Shown here: piece after piece, positions 59,713 to 64,000 of the stretch
Layout of the letters: each line of letters opens with the position of its first letter
How positions within the stretch are numbered: position 1 is the first letter of the stretch
Assembly: GCA_007376185.1 (NCBI GenBank)
Contig: VMFS01000001.1
Location: 94,206-158,205, forward strand
Direction of reading: 5' to 3'
DNA length: 64,000 nt
Source: Parcubacteria group bacterium Gr01-1014_30
GTDB taxonomy: Bacteria > Patescibacteriota > Minisyncoccia > Minisyncoccales > 2-12-FULL-40-12
The notes under the pieces: model-generated
Seen by the model: the letters and a program-made list of their open reading frames with translations, nothing else
Told to the model about the DNA's origin: nothing
Database searches by the model: none
Made by a program: the position numbers and the translations under genes

Positions 59713-61200
59713 CTAGAAGGGGCGGTATAAAATTTCTTTGACTGTTGGAGTAATCTCTTTGATAAAATCTTTAAGTTCGTCTAAATTTTTTATTTTTTCT
59801 ACCTCTGCTTCTATTTGCATAAAAACCTCTTTATAGCTTTTCAAAATTGTATCAATCTCTACTTTCATTATATTTTCGGGTTTATCATCCCAAAAACCAG
59901 AAATCAGCAGTCCAAAAAGAAACAATTGCAGGGCTCTGGGAATTGTTGCTTTCGGCCCTTGGTTAAAAAGAATCTCCACTTTCCTGCCCAGCTCTAAAAT
60001 TTTTTGAGTCTCCAGAGATAATTCTCCGCCAAACTGAGCGATTTCCGTTACTCTTTGATATTCAACCATTTTTTTTCTTATCCAACCGGCTAAAGCCTTG
60101 TCTAATGGCTCTTTGGTTTGATTGCCCACACGAGAAACCGAAAGGAAAGCGTTGATGGCCGGCAGTTTTCCTTTTCTGAAGTCATTAATATCAAAAAAAA
60201 TGTGGCCGTCGGTCATTGCCATCAGATTTGTTTGGATGAATCCAGAGATGTCGTTTTCCAGGGTTTCGGCAACTGGCAGTGCGGTAATGCTTACCCCTTC
60301 CTGCCCATCCAAATTTTTAGTGGGGGATTTGATATTTCCTGCTCTTTCCAGTAAGGCAGCTTGGATGTGAAAGATATCTCCGGGATAGGCGCTTCTCCCG
60401 GGCAGCCTTTTTATTAATAGAGAGATTTCCCGGTAAAATTTTGCATGACTGGTTAGGTCGTCGAGAATAATTAATACATTTTCTCCCTTGTCGCGGAAGT
60501 ATTCGGCAATTGCCATTCCAGAAAAGGGGGCAAGGTAGTTTATGGTTGACGGTTTTTCCGAGGTGGCAACGACCATCACTGTTTTGTCAAAAACGCCCAT
60601 TTCTTTTAGATAATCCTCCACGGCTTTTATTGCCGAAATTTCTTTTCCAATTCCGACATAAACGGAAACTACCCCCCTTTTTGCCTGATTGGAGATGGTT
60701 TGCAAAAGAAGAGTGGTTTTGCCTGTTTTGGCGTCTCCAATAACCATCTCTCTTTGGCCATAACCAATGGGCACCAATAAATCCACCACCATTACGCCGG
60801 TCTCCAGAGGTTTTCCCACCCTTACCCTTTGAGTAATACCGGCAGCCTCTATTTTTATCGGCAAATATTTTTTCTCTCCCAATATTGGTCCCAACCCGTC
60901 TATCGATTCACCGAGAGGGTTGATTATTCTGCCCAAGAGCTTCTGGGAAGCCGGAATTCTAAAAGGATTTTTAGTCCTGGATACCCCTGTCCCGACTTTT
61001 AATTTTGTAACATCAAACATTAAAATTTCGGCTACCTCTCTGTCCAAACCATGTACCACGCCTCTTTCCTCGTTTTCGGTAATGACCATTTCTCCCAATC
61101 TTAAGGAGGGGAGGCCTGAGATGTGAGCTAAATAATGGTTCAATCCTACGACCCGACCTATTTCTGCTGTTTTTTCTAAATGTTCTCTAAAATTCGCCAT
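59713..61200 (-). CDS. atpA: F1-like ATPase alpha subunit (divergent)
   Basis: LGRIINPLG..IDG, PIGYGQRE..IGDAKTGKT, DDLT.HA..YRE.SL...R.PGR.AYPGD.F, TDGHIF, SVSRVG. Confidence 0.93.
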   Translation of the reverse strand: MANFREHLEKTAEIGRVVGLNHYLAHISGLPSLRLGEMVITENEERGVVHGLDREVAEILMFDVTKLKVGTGVSRTKNPFRIPASQKLLGRIINPLGESIDGLGPILGEKKYLPIKIEAAGITQRVRVGKPLETGVMVVDLLVPIGYGQREMVIGDAKTGKTTLLLQTISNQAKRGVVSVYVGIGKEISAIKAVEDYLKEMGVFDKTVMVVATSEKPSTINYLAPFSGMAIAEYFRDKGENVLIILDDLTSHAKFYREISLLIKRLPGRSAYPGDIFHIQAALLERAGNIKSPTKNLDGQEGVSITALPVAETLENDISGFIQTNLMAMTDGHIFFDINDFRKGKLPAINAFLSVSRVGNQTKEPLDKALAGWIRKKMVEYQRVTEIAQFGGELSLETQKILELGRKVEILFNQGPKATIPRALQLFLFGLLISGFWDDKPENIMKVEIDTILKSYKEVFMQIEAEVEKIKNLDELKDFIKEITPTVKEILYRPF

Positions 61201-61543
61201 GATTTGAAAGAAAGAACTTGTCTATTTCTCCTGCCAATGAGAAATCGCGCCAATTCCCCTGGTATTCTATTATGGCGCCAGCAACAATTTTCGGATTTAT
61301 GGTAAGATTTAAAATAACTTTCTGACCCGATTCTTTCTCAAGCCATTCACTAATTTTATTAAGAAAATTGTCTTTAGGAGAAAACGCAATTTCCAACTTA
61401 ATCTCAGGCAGAGACTTGAGCTTTTTTTCCAGCTTGAGGTCGACCTCATTTTTTAATTTTTTTTGAGCAATTTCATCTAAAACCAATATTAAATCTTCTC
61501 TCGTCCTTATTTTTTTTACAAAATCTCCAGAGACCTTTTTCAT
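61187..61543 (-). CDS. atpH: F1-like ATPase delta subunit-like (short)
   Basis: C-terminal 'INPKIVAGAIIEY.G..RDFSL' delta motif; upstream of atpA. Confidence 0.7.
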   Translation of the reverse strand: MKKVSGDFVKKIRTREDLILVLDEIAQKKLKNEVDLKLEKKLKSLPEIKLEIAFSPKDNFLNKISEWLEKESGQKVILNLTINPKIVAGAIIEYQGNWRDFSLAGEIDKFFLSNHGEF

Positions 61544-61550
61544 ACACTCC

Positions 61551-62056
61551 TACGAAATTACGAAAATAATACTAAAGTACGAAACTCACTTATTTTTTAT
61601 ATTAAATTTACTACCCTTTTGAATTTTACGCCCTCTTTTGTAAAATTTACCATTATTCCTAGTTTGGATCCGCTTGCTTTTAGATAAGCATATACTTGCT
61701 CAATATGTCTTCGGGGAAATTTGTTACCCTTTTTAAACTCCAATACCACTTGATTTTCTATAACAAAATCTAAGAAGTAACCTCCAATCCCCTTTCTTTT
61801 ATAAATCAGTGGAGCGGCAACTTGTTCCTTATATCTTAACCCACAATTTTTAAGTTCTACGGCAACAGCTCTTTGATAATATTTTTCCTGGTAATCACTA
61901 CCTAATTGCCTATATATCTCAAAAAGAATGCCAATAATTTGATAACATAACTTAGGATAAATTAAATCATTTCTTTTAAGATAAGGTTTATTTTCCATTT
62001 TTTATAGTGGAAACCTAAATTTTCGTACTTTCGTAAAAAATTTCGTAATTTCGTAA
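61551..62056. mobile_element. GxxExxY gene cassette with TACGAAA-repeat inverted arms, inserted in the ATPase operon
   Basis: Left arm 61551-61584 and right arm 62021-62056 are near-perfect inverted repeats; an empty version lies at 47195-47277. Confidence 0.7.
61597..61998 (-). CDS. GxxExxY family protein (PD-(D/E)xK-like)
   Basis: Y.IIG..FE.Y.QLG..YQEKYYQ, EQ, LDFVIE..VVLEFK, QV..YLK...KLG..VNF. Confidence 0.9.
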   Translation of the reverse strand: MENKPYLKRNDLIYPKLCYQIIGILFEIYRQLGSDYQEKYYQRAVAVELKNCGLRYKEQVAAPLIYKRKGIGGYFLDFVIENQVVLEFKKGNKFPRRHIEQVYAYLKASGSKLGIMVNFTKEGVKFKRVVNLI

Positions 62057-62058
62057 CC

Positions 62059-62696
62059 TTAGAAGATTTCCCTTTTTGCTTTTTCCAGGGCTTCCATTAC
62101 CAATTTCTCGTGGTCAGAAAGGTCAATCGCTTTACCTATTGTTTTTTTAGCCACCTTCGAAAGTATCTGATAAATTTTTTGGTCTATTTCTCCAATCTCC
62201 TTTTTTTTATAATCTTCAATCTCTCCTTGTACTTCTTCAACCTTTTTGTTAATGGCTTCTCTGGTTGATTGCAAGGTCTGAGCCGACGTTTTTAAATACG
62301 CCTCTTGGATTTTAACAAATTTTTCTTCAGCCGCCCGATTTAATCCCAAAATTTTATTTTCCGTCCCTTCTAAAATTATATTTTGCACGTCTTGAGCAGA
62401 TTTTGATAGATTAGCAGCTTCCTTAGTTATGCGTTCTGCGAATTCTCCAAGCACTTTTTGAATCTCCTGATTTCCGTCTGCAAATTTGCTTTTGTAGCTT
62501 TTTATGATTTCTTGGGTAGCTTCCTGGAACGCATCTCTGAACTCCCTGACGTTTTTTTGCAACTCTTTTTCATTTCTTCTTGACGGTCTTCTTGTCAAGA
62601 AGAAGAAGAGTCCAAGTAAAGCCACAGCCTCGGCGGCTCCAAGAAAGAAAATAATGAAGGTTAGAAGGTCTGAACATTCAACTAACAACTCAAACA

Positions 62697-62697
<1 letters not shown>
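62059..62697 (-). CDS. ATP synthase subunit b-like (single TM + coiled coil)
   Basis: N-terminal TM, long coiled coil, 'VAKKTIGK.ID..DHEKLV.EAL' typical of subunit b C-termini. Confidence 0.7.
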
Positions 62698-63476
<779 letters not shown>

Positions 63477-63515
63477 TTATGCAGGAAAATAAAAATGCAA
63501 TTCAAGATTAACAAA

Positions 63516-63849
63516 CAATTCGGTTTTTTGCCAGAGCCACACACCAACTTTATTTTTGCCGCGATTGTCGAAGAGTTTGGGTTAGTTGGAGTGGTGGTTT
63601 TGCTTTTTTACTTTTAGCTCTGTTTTGGCGAACGCTGAAAATAGCGCTGGATGCCGCAAACAATTTTCCACGACTCTTCGCGACTGGCTTTGCTATTGTC
63701 TTAATATCCAAAGCATTTATCAATATCGGAATGAATATCGGCATATTTTAGATTGTTGGGTTTCTTTTGCCTCTGGCGAATTAAGGCGTTCATCATTAAC
63801 TGCAACTTTCGTTGCTTTAGGTTTTCTGCAGAGCTTAAGAATCGGATAA
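63516..63849 (+). pseudogene. Degenerate duplicate of the 3' third of rodA
   Basis: Aligns by eye with about 54994-55329 (QFGFLPEPHT..FIFAAI.EEFG ... NIGMNIG); contains frameshifts and stops. Confidence 0.88.
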
Positions 63850-63936
63850 GATTTCAGATAACCGATACATCTGAAGGTTATCCACTCCATGCCTATTGAC
63901 AGGATTTTTTGTATATTGGACAATTGAGTAATAGTT

Positions 63937-64000
63937 ATGCCAGAGGATTTTATTTCACTTCAAGCAGCTACTCAATTCTGCAATTACACACAGGAGTATT
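63937..64000 (+). CDS. Partial CDS with N-terminal HTH-like motif (runs out of the window)
   Basis: MPEDFISLQAATQFCNYTQEY resembles the 'ISL.EA....YSQEYL' HTH start seen in CPR proteins; TTGACA at 63896. Confidence 0.55.
   Translation, partial: MPEDFISLQAATQFCNYTQEY

Overview
Bacterial chromosomal segment in the standard genetic code (TGA is used as stop). Gene content and style point to Patescibacteria/CPR, probably Parcubacteria; this is inferred from the split PolA, pil/com genes, VirD4-like ATPase, DUF5667 protein and few Shine-Dalgarno motifs. Left to right: (1) 0.4-8.6 kb, an apparent small-molecule biosynthesis and sensing operon: aromatic amino-acid ammonia-lyase, PaaK-like ligase, split Rv1355c/OxzB-like ThiF + nitroreductase, methyltransferase, multi-TM histidine kinase and receiver protein; (2) housekeeping, DNA-repair and competence genes, with a candidate 6S-like ncRNA; (3) four tRNAs followed by an ~11 kb accessory region of surface-protein and toxin-antitoxin genes separated by recurring repeats; (4) comF and a type IV pilus locus, ligA, rodA; (5) a divergent F1-like ATPase operon with no subunit a and a carboxylate-less c-like hairpin fused to an exported domain, interrupted by a two-component pair and a GxxExxY gene, and bounded by a duplicated rodA 3' end. 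Small hairpin elements and 7/8-mer repeats occur throughout, some in-frame in genes and some flanking small nuclease genes, with matching empty copies elsewhere. All protein calls come from motif recognition by eye; no database searches were run.
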